Source of the DNA: Aliivibrio fischeri ES114 | Lineage (GTDB): Bacteria; Pseudomonadota; Gammaproteobacteria; Enterobacterales; Vibrionaceae | Length of the DNA: 32,000 bases | Strand: one strand, 5' to 3' | NCBI RefSeq assembly: GCF_000011805.1 | Contig: NC_006840.2 | Shown here: positions 23,011-32,000 of the stretch, in pieces | How the letters are laid out: every line of letters starts with the position of its first letter | Position numbering within the stretch: the stretch's first letter is position 1 | Position numbers and translations under genes: made by a program | The notes under the pieces: generated by a model | Seen by the model: the letters and a program-made list of their open reading frames with translations, nothing else | Database searches by the model: none | What the model was told of the DNA's origin: nothing

Positions 23011-23997
23011 ATGGGATTTTTTCTAAGACGTTTATCGTTCTATTTTATTGCGTTGGTCGTTGCTGCAACGATTAACTTTATCATTCCGCGAGCAATGCCA
23101 GGTGACCCTGTTGTCATGATGTTCGCTAATGCAACCACTCAGGTAACTCCTGAGCGTATTGAAGCAATGAAACAATTGCTTGGCTTTGTTGATGGCCCTC
23201 TATATGAGCAATACTTTATCTACATCAAAAATATCCTAACTTGGGAATTAGGTACTTCTATCAAATTCTATCCGCTAAGTGTAAATGATTTACTTGGTGG
23301 TGCATTTGGTTGGTCATTGTTCCTAGCAGGTACTGCGGTAATTTTATCATTCTCTCTAGGTTCCATTCTTGGCATCTTTGCAGCATGGAAACGCGGTAGT
23401 GCTTACGATACCTTCATCTCTCCAGGGATGCTGGTTATCCAAGCGGTACCTCAAGTGGTTATTGCTATGTTAGCTATGTTTACCTTTGCTGTCGGTTTGA
23501 AATGGTTCCCTACTGGCTACGCATATACTCCAGGCACCATTCCTGATTGGACAGACTGGGCATTCATTAAAGATGTTGCTTATCACGCTATTCTTCCACT
23601 TTTTTGTGCGTCTATCGTTCAAATTGGTGGCTTCCTAATTAACATGCGTAACAACATGATTAACCTACTTGGTGAAGACTACATCACCATGGCTAAAGGT
23701 AAAGGCTTAAGCGAAAACCGCGTTGTATTTAACTATGCAGCACGAAACGCAATGCTTCCGAGTGTTACCGCTCTATCAATGTCATTAGGTATGGCAATTG
23801 GTGGTCAGTTAATCGTTGAAATTATCTTCAACTACCCAGGTCTTGGTTCTGTACTATTTAATGCAATCACTTCTCGTGACTACCAAGTTCTTCAAGGTCA
23901 GCTGCTTATCATGACTCTGTTCATGCTGTTCTTTAACCTTCTTGCTGACATGTTATACGTTGTTCTAGACCCTCGCCTACGCAAGGGAGGAAAATAA
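23011..23997 (+). CDS. ABC transporter permease (DppB/OppB-like), chitobiose uptake
   Basis: 328-aa ORF: FLRRLSFYFIALVVAATINFIIPRAMPGDPV, GGQLIVEIIFNYPGLGSVLFNAI. Confidence 0.92.
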   Translation: MGFFLRRLSFYFIALVVAATINFIIPRAMPGDPVVMMFANATTQVTPERIEAMKQLLGFVDGPLYEQYFIYIKNILTWELGTSIKFYPLSVNDLLGGAFGWSLFLAGTAVILSFSLGSILGIFAAWKRGSAYDTFISPGMLVIQAVPQVVIAMLAMFTFAVGLKWFPTGYAYTPGTIPDWTDWAFIKDVAYHAILPLFCASIVQIGGFLINMRNNMINLLGEDYITMAKGKGLSENRVVFNYAARNAMLPSVTALSMSLGMAIGGQLIVEIIFNYPGLGSVLFNAITSRDYQVLQGQLLIMTLFMLFFNLLADMLYVVLDPRLRKGGK

Positions 23998-23999
23998 TA

Positions 24000-25025
24000 A
24001 TGAAAGGCTTAATTAAACTACTTTCAGGTAACCCTAAATCTCTGTTTGGTTTAGGTATCCTATTCATGTTTATCTTCATTGCTGTATTCGCACCATTCCT
24101 TAGCGACCATGCTCCAGATAAACGTACTGGTAAACCACATGAATACCCAAGCTTTGTGGTAAACGCTGCTGAGAATAATCCTGAAGGATGGGTTGCCGAA
24201 AACCTAGCAACCGACCGCCGTACATTACTGATGTCTAAAAAAGCAGATCACGTAATGGGTACAACTCGTATGGGTCGTGACGTTTGGTCTCAACTTGCAC
24301 ACGGTGCACGCGTATCACTTGCTGTTGGCTTTGGTGCTGGTGTTGTTGTTTGTTTCTTAGCAACCATCATCGGTGTTTCTGCGGGTTACTTTGGCGGTAA
24401 AGTTGATGATGTATTAACAGCAGCAATGAACATCATGCTTGTTATACCTCAATATCCACTACTATTCGTTCTTGCAGCATTTATTGGTGAGGCTGGGCCA
24501 ATGACCATTGCCCTCATTATCGGTTGTACCTCCTGGGCTTGGGGCGCACGTGTAATTCGTTCTCAAACCTTAGCACTACGTGAAAAAGAATTCGTTAAGG
24601 CAGCAGAAGTTCTTGGTGAATCAGCATGGCGCATTATCTTTGTTGAGATTCTTCCAAACCTTATCTCTATCGTTGGTGCAAGTTTCATTGGCTCAGTGAT
24701 GTACGCAATCATGATGGAAGCAACCATCTCGTTCTTAGGTCTTGGTGACCCAAGTACAATCAGTTGGGGCATCATGCTTTACAACGTACAAACATCATCA
24801 TCAATTCTAATTGGCGCATGGTGGGAACTGATTGCTCCTTGTATGGCTCTGACGCTACTAGCAATTGGTCTAGCAATGCTTAACTTTGCGGTAGATGAAA
24901 TTGCGAACCCTCAATTACGTTCTCATAAAGGTATGAAACGTTGGAAGCAAATGGCTGCACAAGATACCGAAGAGCGTAAGCCAGATTTAGGTAAACCAGA
25001 ATTAAATTGGAACAGGGAAGATTAA
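24000..25025 (+). CDS. ABC transporter permease (DppC/OppC-like), chitobiose uptake
   Basis: 341-aa ORF with TTRMGRDVWSQLAHGARVSLAVGFGAG and EATISFLGLGDPSTISWGIML motifs. Confidence 0.92.
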   Translation: MKGLIKLLSGNPKSLFGLGILFMFIFIAVFAPFLSDHAPDKRTGKPHEYPSFVVNAAENNPEGWVAENLATDRRTLLMSKKADHVMGTTRMGRDVWSQLAHGARVSLAVGFGAGVVVCFLATIIGVSAGYFGGKVDDVLTAAMNIMLVIPQYPLLFVLAAFIGEAGPMTIALIIGCTSWAWGARVIRSQTLALREKEFVKAAEVLGESAWRIIFVEILPNLISIVGASFIGSVMYAIMMEATISFLGLGDPSTISWGIMLYNVQTSSSILIGAWWELIAPCMALTLLAIGLAMLNFAVDEIANPQLRSHKGMKRWKQMAAQDTEERKPDLGKPELNWNRED

Positions 25026-25026
25026 T

Positions 25027-26010
25027 ATGACTGACCCACAAATTTCTATCCGCAATCTGTGTGTGGATTACATTACTGACGCTGGTGATGTACGAGCTGT
25101 AAACAATGTGAGTTTTGACATTGGTAAAGGTGAAGTCTTTGGTCTAGCAGGCGAATCAGGTTGTGGTAAATCAACCGTAGCATTCTCTTTAATGCGCCTG
25201 CATAAGCCGCCAGCATTCATTACCGGTGGTGAAGTGTTCTTCGATGGTAAAGATATTTTAAAGTACAGCGATGCTCAAATGCAGGCATTCCGTTGGAGTG
25301 AAATGTCAATGGTATTCCAAAGTGCCATGAACGCATTGAACCCAGTACTAACGATGGAAGAACAATTTTGTGACGTAATTATGCGCCACACAACCATGAC
25401 TCGTGAACAAGCCATTTCTCGTGCGCAAGGTTTACTTGAAATTGTTGATATTCACCCTAGTCGTTTGACTGATTACCCACACCAGTTCTCTGGTGGTATG
25501 CGTCAACGTTTAGTTATTGCAATTGCGTTAGCGTTAAACCCGAAAATGATCATTATGGATGAACCAACTACTGCTCTTGATGTAGTTGTTCAACGTGAGA
25601 TCTTACAAAAAATCTATGCGCTTAAAGAAGAATTTGGTTTCTCTATTCTGTTTATTACGCACGATTTATCGTTAATGGTTGAGTTCTCTGATCGTATTGG
25701 GATCATGTATTCAGGTGAATTAATCGAAGTTGCTTCTTCTAAAGAAATCTTAACTTCGCCTTATCACCCATATACAAAAGGCCTTGGTAGCTCATTCCCA
25801 CCGTTAACAGGACCAAAAACGAAATTAACAGGGATCCCAGGAAACCCTCTAAATTTACTAGAGATTCCACAAGGCTGTCGCTTCCAAGCTCGCTGTGATC
25901 GTGTACATGAAGCATGTCGTTCGATTCCAACACAGCTTCGTCAGATCGAGCCTGGACACTTGTCAAACTGTCACCTTTACGGTGAAACCATTGCACAAGT
26001 AAAAGCATAA
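25027..26010 (+). CDS. ABC transporter ATP-binding protein (DppD/OppD-like)
   Basis: Walker A GESGCGKST, signature QFSGGMRQR, Walker B MIIMDEPTTALD, oligopeptide-type C-terminus with Cys-rich GCRFQARC...C. Confidence 0.94.
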   Translation: MTDPQISIRNLCVDYITDAGDVRAVNNVSFDIGKGEVFGLAGESGCGKSTVAFSLMRLHKPPAFITGGEVFFDGKDILKYSDAQMQAFRWSEMSMVFQSAMNALNPVLTMEEQFCDVIMRHTTMTREQAISRAQGLLEIVDIHPSRLTDYPHQFSGGMRQRLVIAIALALNPKMIIMDEPTTALDVVVQREILQKIYALKEEFGFSILFITHDLSLMVEFSDRIGIMYSGELIEVASSKEILTSPYHPYTKGLGSSFPPLTGPKTKLTGIPGNPLNLLEIPQGCRFQARCDRVHEACRSIPTQLRQIEPGHLSNCHLYGETIAQVKA

Positions 26011-26032
26011 AACGGATTTTCTGGAGTAAATT

Positions 26033-27028
26033 ATGAGCAAAGAATTTGGCGAATTACTGATTGAAGGTAAGAATCTGGTTAAAGATTTCCCTGTAAGCAG
26101 TAACGCACTTAAAAACCCAATGATGCGTGCGATTAATGACGTATCTTTCAAAATGTACAAAAGCCGTGGTCTTTCTGTTGTAGGTGAATCTGGTTCAGGT
26201 AAATCCACCACAGCAAAAATGATAGCAAAAATGTATGCACCAACAGATGGTGTAATCGAATATAAAGGTCGTGATATTCAAACTATCGTTAAGAAAAACG
26301 ATTTAATGACTTATCGCGAAGGTGTTCAAATGGTATGGCAAGATCCGTTTGGTTCTTTAAACCCTACTCACAACATCTTCCACCATATTGCTCGTCCTCT
26401 TCTTATCCATAAGAAAGTGACTCCAGGCAATAAAAAGGAATTAGAAGAGCGCGTTTACGATCTTCTAGAACAAGTTGGCTTGATCCCACCTAAAGAAACT
26501 GCGGCAAAGTTCCCGCACCAACTTTCAGGTGGCCAACGTCAACGTGTAAACCTTGCAAGAAACATTGCTGTTGGTGCTGAAGTGGTATTAGCTGACGAAC
26601 CAACCTCAATGCTTGATGTGTCGATTCGTGCTGGTGTTCTAAACCTAATGGAAGAGATGAAGTTCGAGAAAAAAATGTCTCTTCTTTATATCACTCACGA
26701 TATCGCAACTGCACGTTACATTGCAGAAGATCTTGCAGTTATGTATGTCGGTCATATGGTTGAATGGGGTGATACGGATGAGATCATCCACGATCCACAA
26801 CACCCATATACTCAACTACTTGTATCAGCAGTTCCAGATCCAAGTAAGTCGATTCATACAGAACTAAAAGGCAACAAAGGTGAAATTCCATTATGGACAC
26901 CTGAATCAGTAGGCTGTCCTTTTGCTGGCCGCTGTCTTCACGCAAGTGCTAAATGTAAAGAACAAATGCCTGGCGTAACAAAACTGTCAGACAACCATTT
27001 TGTTCGTTGTTACTTATACGAAAATTAA
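26033..27028 (+). CDS. ABC transporter ATP-binding protein (DppF/OppF-like)
   Basis: Walker A GESGSGKST, signature LSGGQRQRVNLARN, Walker B VVLADEPTSMLD, CPFAGRC C-terminal motif. Confidence 0.94.
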   Translation: MSKEFGELLIEGKNLVKDFPVSSNALKNPMMRAINDVSFKMYKSRGLSVVGESGSGKSTTAKMIAKMYAPTDGVIEYKGRDIQTIVKKNDLMTYREGVQMVWQDPFGSLNPTHNIFHHIARPLLIHKKVTPGNKKELEERVYDLLEQVGLIPPKETAAKFPHQLSGGQRQRVNLARNIAVGAEVVLADEPTSMLDVSIRAGVLNLMEEMKFEKKMSLLYITHDIATARYIAEDLAVMYVGHMVEWGDTDEIIHDPQHPYTQLLVSAVPDPSKSIHTELKGNKGEIPLWTPESVGCPFAGRCLHASAKCKEQMPGVTKLSDNHFVRCYLYEN

Positions 27029-27076
27029 TTTCATTTGTAATTCTGAACAGCAGTAATTGGTATTTTGGAGAAATAG

Positions 27077-28795
27077 ATGCAACTGTTAACTAACCATATT
27101 GGATATGAAACAAACGGACCGAAATCAGCAGTATTATTGGCTACCACTGCCCTTACGCAGCCAATATCAGGTCATATTGTTTGTACTCAAACACAAGAGG
27201 TCAAATACCGTTTTTCTATTTCTTCATCAGACCAAGTCGCTCATTGGCATCAAGGTTATTTTGCTGAGATAACATTTACTGATTTTACTGAAGAAGGTGA
27301 ATTCATTCTTGTTATCGAAGGTGCAATGTCTCACTCTTTTGTTATCAAAACCAACTTATTAATGGCGCACACATTTTCTGATGTTATGCACTATTTTAAA
27401 TCACAACGATGTGGTGGGATTTTCGATAAACAAGATAAACAAGCTCCTTTATTAAATAGCAACGAAACCGTCGATGTTCATGGCGGTTGGTATGATGCAT
27501 CCGGTGATGTGAGTAAATACCTTAGTCACTTATCTTATGCTAATTACCTTAATCCCCAGCAAATTCCGATGGTTGTTTGGAATATGCTCAAAGGATTAGA
27601 ACTAACACAAAACCTATCGGATTTTGCCGCTTTCTCTCGCACCCGTCTTACGGAAGAGGCGTTATTTGGTGCAGACTTCCTAGTTCGAATGCAAAATCCG
27701 GCAGGTTTCTTTTATATGACCATCTTTGATAAGTGGAGTAAAGATATCAATCAACGTGATATTTGTGCTTATGCCACTCAAGAAGGTCATAAATCCGATG
27801 ATTATCAAGCAGGATTCCGCCAAGGTGGCGGCGTATCTATCGCTGCGCTAGCCGCTGCATCCCAATTAACACTTGATGGCGAATTTACTCGCGAAGAATA
27901 CTTGGCCGCAGCAACTAAAGGCTACTGGCACTTAAAAGAAAACAACCTTAGTTATTTAAATAATGGCGAAGAAAACATTATCGATGAATATTGTGCTCTT
28001 CTTGCTGTTATTGAACTATTTAAAGCAACACAAGAAAATAACTTCTTAATTGAAGCTCGAATTTGGGCCGATAAACTTTCTGCTCGTCAACAAAGTGATG
28101 ATAATTTCTCACACTTCTGGTCAGCGACTGATAATGGCGAACGTCCATACTTTCACGCTGCAGAAGCGGGCCTTCCCGTTATTGCTCTCTCTCAATACTT
28201 AGAAATAGAAACTGATAATAGTCGAAAAGCTCATACTCAATTAGTTATCAATCAAGCGGTTGAATTTGAACTGGCTATTTCATCTGAGACATTCAATCCA
28301 TTTGGCTACCCAAGACAATACGTTAAAGCCGTTAATGGTCAAAAACGCAGTGCTTTCTTTGTTGCTCACGACAATGAATCCGGCTACTGGTGGCAAGGCG
28401 AAAATGCTCGACTCGGATCTCTAGCGAGTATGAGCTACCTTGTGTTACCACACCTAACCTCTAACGAGTTAAAACAAAGACTAGCCGCATTTGCTCAACA
28501 TAATCTGAATTGGGTACTAGGTCTAAATCCTTATGACATGTGTATGTTAGACGGCCATGGCCACAATAACCCTGATTACCTTCCTCATCTTGGTTTCTTT
28601 AATGCCAAAGGTGGTGTTTGTAATGGAATTACTGGTGGTTTTGAAGACGAAGAAGATATTGCATTTAATCCTGCACCACATGGCGATGATATGTTGCAAA
28701 ACTGGCGTTGGGGTGAGCAATGGATCCCTCATGGCGCATGGTATCTGTTAGCGATTATGTCTCAATCCGCTTATTACTCAGTTCAAGGAGCATAA
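27077..28795 (+). CDS. GH9-family (endoglucanase-related) glucosaminidase-type enzyme, cytoplasmic
   Basis: 572-aa ORF with N-terminal Ig-like region, VHGGWYDASGDVSKYLSHLSYANY (GH9 acid motif) and NWVLGLNPYDMCMLDGHGHNNPDYLPHL. Position matches the VC0615 homologue in the (GlcNAc)2 operon. Confidence 0.85.
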   Translation: MQLLTNHIGYETNGPKSAVLLATTALTQPISGHIVCTQTQEVKYRFSISSSDQVAHWHQGYFAEITFTDFTEEGEFILVIEGAMSHSFVIKTNLLMAHTFSDVMHYFKSQRCGGIFDKQDKQAPLLNSNETVDVHGGWYDASGDVSKYLSHLSYANYLNPQQIPMVVWNMLKGLELTQNLSDFAAFSRTRLTEEALFGADFLVRMQNPAGFFYMTIFDKWSKDINQRDICAYATQEGHKSDDYQAGFRQGGGVSIAALAAASQLTLDGEFTREEYLAAATKGYWHLKENNLSYLNNGEENIIDEYCALLAVIELFKATQENNFLIEARIWADKLSARQQSDDNFSHFWSATDNGERPYFHAAEAGLPVIALSQYLEIETDNSRKAHTQLVINQAVEFELAISSETFNPFGYPRQYVKAVNGQKRSAFFVAHDNESGYWWQGENARLGSLASMSYLVLPHLTSNELKQRLAAFAQHNLNWVLGLNPYDMCMLDGHGHNNPDYLPHLGFFNAKGGVCNGITGGFEDEEDIAFNPAPHGDDMLQNWRWGEQWIPHGAWYLLAIMSQSAYYSVQGA

Positions 28796-28797
28796 TC

Positions 28798-29673
28798 ATG
28801 ACGCATTTATATGTCGGTATTGATGGTGGCGGTACATCTTGTCGAGCTCGTATTCGCAATGAACAAGGTGAATTATTAGGTGAAGCAAAAAGCGGAAGCG
28901 CTAATATCCTACTTGGTGTTGATGTAGCAATGAATTCAATCATTGACGCCATCACTCAAGCTACTGCACAACATAATTTAACGGATGCGGATTTCTCTCG
29001 CATGCACCTTGGTTTGGCTCTTGCTGGCGCTGAACAAAAATCAGCTTGGCATAACTTTATGCAACAAGCTCACCCTTTTGCCTCAATGGTTCTTAATACC
29101 GATGCCTACGGCGCTTGTCTAGGTGCTCATAACGGTGAGAATGGCGCGATAATGATCGCAGGCACAGGCTCTTGTGGCATCTATATTAGCAACGGTCAAC
29201 AACATGTTGTTGGTGGGCGCGAGTTCCCTATTTCAGATCAAGGCGGCGGCGCTATTATGGGACTTCGTTTAATTCAATATACCCTATTGGCCTCCGATGG
29301 TATTAAACCTACCACTGCTCTTACCGAACACGTATTAGCGTACTTTGAGAATGATATCGATAGTATCGTTGATTGGTCTAAAACGGCTCGTCCTTGTGAT
29401 TATGGTCAGTTCTCACCTGCTATTTTTGAACTTGCATTAAAAGGAGACACGCTTGCTATCGATATGCTGCAACAAACAGCAAGCGATATTGAAATGTTTT
29501 TAACCGCACTAAACAAAAAAGGAGCTACAAAAATCGCTCTTATGGGAAGTATTGGTGAACGCATTGTTGAATGGCTATCGCCTTCTATTCGTCAATATTT
29601 AGTACAGCCGCAATTTGATGCCATTGAAGGTGGCATTATGATGGCAAGAAACAAAGAACATAACCTGTTCTAG
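28798..29673 (+). CDS. BadF/BadG/BcrA-family ATPase; N-acetylglucosamine/glucosamine kinase (GspK-like)
   Basis: MTHLYVGIDGGGTSCRARIRNEQGELLGEAKSGSANI, IMIAGTGSCGIYI, GREFPISDQGGGAIMGLR. The track start 28720 overlaps the GH9 gene; ATG 28798 (ORF codon 27) begins the conserved fold 2 nt after the GH9 stop. Confidence 0.88.
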   Translation: MTHLYVGIDGGGTSCRARIRNEQGELLGEAKSGSANILLGVDVAMNSIIDAITQATAQHNLTDADFSRMHLGLALAGAEQKSAWHNFMQQAHPFASMVLNTDAYGACLGAHNGENGAIMIAGTGSCGIYISNGQQHVVGGREFPISDQGGGAIMGLRLIQYTLLASDGIKPTTALTEHVLAYFENDIDSIVDWSKTARPCDYGQFSPAIFELALKGDTLAIDMLQQTASDIEMFLTALNKKGATKIALMGSIGERIVEWLSPSIRQYLVQPQFDAIEGGIMMARNKEHNLF

Positions 29674-29690
29674 TCTTTTATAAGGAAAAG

Positions 29691-31598
29691 ATGATGGATT
29701 ATCGTGTAGACCTTGTTGTCTTATCAGACAAAGAAAAGTTAAACCGTTTTGGCTTAACCTTACATAATTTAAGCGATGTGGATCTTCATCATTGGCAATT
29801 ACAATTTACTATTGATCGTTTTATTGCACCTGAAAGTAATTCCCAAGGAACATTAGAACAAGTCGGTAGTTTTTGTAAATTAACTCCAGATGCCAACCAA
29901 GTACTAAAAGCAAATAATCACTATTATGTTGAATTTAGTATTGGTACCGCACCTTTTCGCTTTATCACCGATGGTTTAGATGATGCCGCTATTTTTGTTG
30001 ATGATGGCAAAAATACTCATTTTTTAGATGTATCGATCTCACCGATTGTTTTGGCTTCACCATACTCAGAGAGAACGTCTATCCCTAGAGTTGCTCCTTC
30101 TGAACTGTCTCTTATTCCAAAACCAGAATCAGTACAACGTTTTGATGGCCAATTTAATCTAAAAGATAAAATCTCTCTAGAAACACAAACCCATTTAGCA
30201 CAAGGTGCCGCCCAGTGGTTAAGTGATGAATTAGAAAACATTACTTCTTTAAAGTATCCGATTAAATCACAAGGTCAGATCCAATTCATTGCTAATCCAA
30301 CATTAGATAAAGGTGCATATCAACTTTCAGTATCTGAAGATATCATCACTCTTACTGCAGGCTCTAATGAGGGATTCGTTCACGCATCTGCGACGCTTTT
30401 GCAATTAATAAATGAAAGAACACACTTAATCCCGTGTGCAAAAATCAAAGACCAACCACGCTTTCACTATCGTGGAATGATGCTAGATTGTGCAAGACAC
30501 TTCCATCCACTAGAGCGTGTAAAACGTTTAATTAATCAATTAGCTCATTATAAATTTAACACTTTCCATTGGCATTTAACGGATGACGAAGGATGGCGAG
30601 TAGAAATAAAAGCCTTTCCTGAATTAACGCAAATTGGTGCATGGCGTGGGCCAGAAGAAGTGATTGAGCCACAATACACTCATATAGCAGAAAAGCATGG
30701 TGGTTATTATTCTCAAGAAGAGATTAAAGACGTCATTGCTTATGCAGAACAGCGTGGAATAACAGTAATACCTGAAATCGATATTCCAGGCCATTGCCGT
30801 GCAGCTATTAAATCACTACCTCATTTGTTAATTGATTCTGACGATAATTCGGTTTATCGCAGTATTCAACACTACACAGATAATGTGCTATCACCGGCAA
30901 TCGAAGGTACCTATCAATTTATTGATACTGTGCTCGAAGAAATTGCAGATCTTTTCCCTGCACCATACGTTCATATTGGTGCAGATGAAGTTCCAAAAGG
31001 GGTTTGGACTGATAGTGAAAAATGTCAAAAATTAATGGAAGAGCAAGGTTATAGCGACCCTGTTGAATTGCAAGGTCACCTACTTCGTCATGCTGAAAAC
31101 AAATTAAAACAACTAGGCAAACAGATGCTTGGTTGGGAAGAAGCTCAGCATGGTAATAAAGTCAGCAAAGATACCGTTATTTACTCTTGGTTAAGTGAAG
31201 AAGCAGCATTAAATTGTGCCAAACAAGGTTTTGATGTCGTACTCCAACCCGGTCAAACCACCTATTTAGATATGGCACAAGATTATGCTCCTGAAGAGCC
31301 TGGAGTAGATTGGGCAAATGTTCTTCCTCTTGAAGAGGCTTATAACTACGAACCTCTTGCTGAATTAGCTGATAACGACCCTATTCGTAAACGCATTCTC
31401 GGAATTCAATGTGCACTTTGGTGTGAAATCATCAATAACCAAGAGCGCATGGATTACATGATTTTCCCACGTCTTTTAGCAATATCTGAAGGAATGTGGA
31501 CACAAAAACAACACAGAAACTGGACAGACTTTTTAGCAAGGTTAAATGGACGATTACCAACCCTAACACGTCAGGGTATTAATTTCCGTCAACCATAA
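29691..31598 (+). CDS. GH20 beta-N-acetylhexosaminidase (chitobiase), cytoplasmic
   Basis: 635-aa ORF with KFNTFHWHLTDDEGWRVEIKAFPELT, VIPEIDIPGHCRA and catalytic D-E pair HIGADEVPKGVW. No signal peptide. Confidence 0.94.
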   Translation: MMDYRVDLVVLSDKEKLNRFGLTLHNLSDVDLHHWQLQFTIDRFIAPESNSQGTLEQVGSFCKLTPDANQVLKANNHYYVEFSIGTAPFRFITDGLDDAAIFVDDGKNTHFLDVSISPIVLASPYSERTSIPRVAPSELSLIPKPESVQRFDGQFNLKDKISLETQTHLAQGAAQWLSDELENITSLKYPIKSQGQIQFIANPTLDKGAYQLSVSEDIITLTAGSNEGFVHASATLLQLINERTHLIPCAKIKDQPRFHYRGMMLDCARHFHPLERVKRLINQLAHYKFNTFHWHLTDDEGWRVEIKAFPELTQIGAWRGPEEVIEPQYTHIAEKHGGYYSQEEIKDVIAYAEQRGITVIPEIDIPGHCRAAIKSLPHLLIDSDDNSVYRSIQHYTDNVLSPAIEGTYQFIDTVLEEIADLFPAPYVHIGADEVPKGVWTDSEKCQKLMEEQGYSDPVELQGHLLRHAENKLKQLGKQMLGWEEAQHGNKVSKDTVIYSWLSEEAALNCAKQGFDVVLQPGQTTYLDMAQDYAPEEPGVDWANVLPLEEAYNYEPLAELADNDPIRKRILGIQCALWCEIINNQERMDYMIFPRLLAISEGMWTQKQHRNWTDFLARLNGRLPTLTRQGINFRQP

Positions 31599-31636
31599 GT
31601 CACCCATTTATTAGTATTTTAGTTAAGGATAAAAAA

Positions 31637-32000
31637 ATGAAATACGGTTTTTTCGATAACGACAATCGTGAATATGTCATCACACGCCCTGACGTACCAG
31701 CACCATGGACTAACTACTTAGGTACAGAAAAGTTCTGTACGGTTATTTCTCACAATGCTGGCGGTTACTCTTTCTATAACTCTCCAGAGTACAACCGTGT
31801 TACTAAGTTCCGCCCAAATGGCACATTTGATCGCCCAGGACATTATGTTTATTTACGTGATGATGAAACTGGTGATTACTGGTCAATCTCATGGCAACCA
31901 GTAGCAAAAAGCTTAGACGAAGCAAACTATGAAGTTCGCCACGGTCTTTCTTACTCAAAATTCAAATGTGAGTACAACGGTATTGAAGCAACAAAAACGT
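31637..32000 (+). CDS. GH94 N,N'-diacetylchitobiose phosphorylase, N-terminal part; truncated by the window end
   Basis: ATG at 31637 opens MKYGFFDNDNREYVITRPDVPAPWTNYLGTEKFCTVISHNAGGYSFYNSPEYNRVTKFRPNG..., typical of GH94 cellobiose/chitobiose phosphorylases. Absent from the ORF track because it runs off the window. Confidence 0.88.
   Translation, partial: MKYGFFDNDNREYVITRPDVPAPWTNYLGTEKFCTVISHNAGGYSFYNSPEYNRVTKFRPNGTFDRPGHYVYLRDDETGDYWSISWQPVAKSLDEANYEVRHGLSYSKFKCEYNGIEATKT

Noticed and set aside
28720-28797. 26-codon N-terminal extension of the kinase ORF
   Set aside because: It overlaps the GH9 coding sequence out of frame; the conserved MTHLYVGIDGGG start is at 28798.
30832-31035. 67-aa ORF inside the GH20 gene
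   Set aside because: An out-of-frame ORF inside a well-supported GH20 gene; low-complexity composition typical of chance frames.

Overview
The window is a conserved housekeeping and metabolic segment of a low-GC Vibrionaceae chromosome; Aliivibrio is my inference. No phage, transposon, CRISPR or defence island was seen. From left to right: (1) a minus-strand rRNA operon (16S, tRNA-Glu(UUC), 5' part of 23S) with a recognisable rrn promoter and boxA elements; (2) mtnN, a CbiB/CobD-like membrane protein, a TRIC/YicG-like channel and an M23 LysM/OapA-type murein endopeptidase; (3) a minus-strand RND efflux permease and adaptor pair; (4) erpA divergent from hemL; (5) an AI-2E/PerM-family permease and rsmC; (6) a large hybrid sensor kinase followed by an ABC transporter, GH9, BadF-type kinase, GH20 and the start of a GH94 phosphorylase. 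Group 6 matches the known Vibrio ChiS / (GlcNAc)2 catabolic cluster. The best candidates for a second look are the 619-bp chiS-cbp intergenic region (CRP-like sites, a cluster of nested inverted repeats, a 17-bp palindrome near the start codon), a stem-loop between the binding-protein and permease genes, an unannotated 36-aa Cys-rich membrane ORF, a 12-bp inverted repeat upstream of chiS, and paired palindromes in the rRNA spacer. The cluster itself is a known system, and I found no convincing new multi-gene system.
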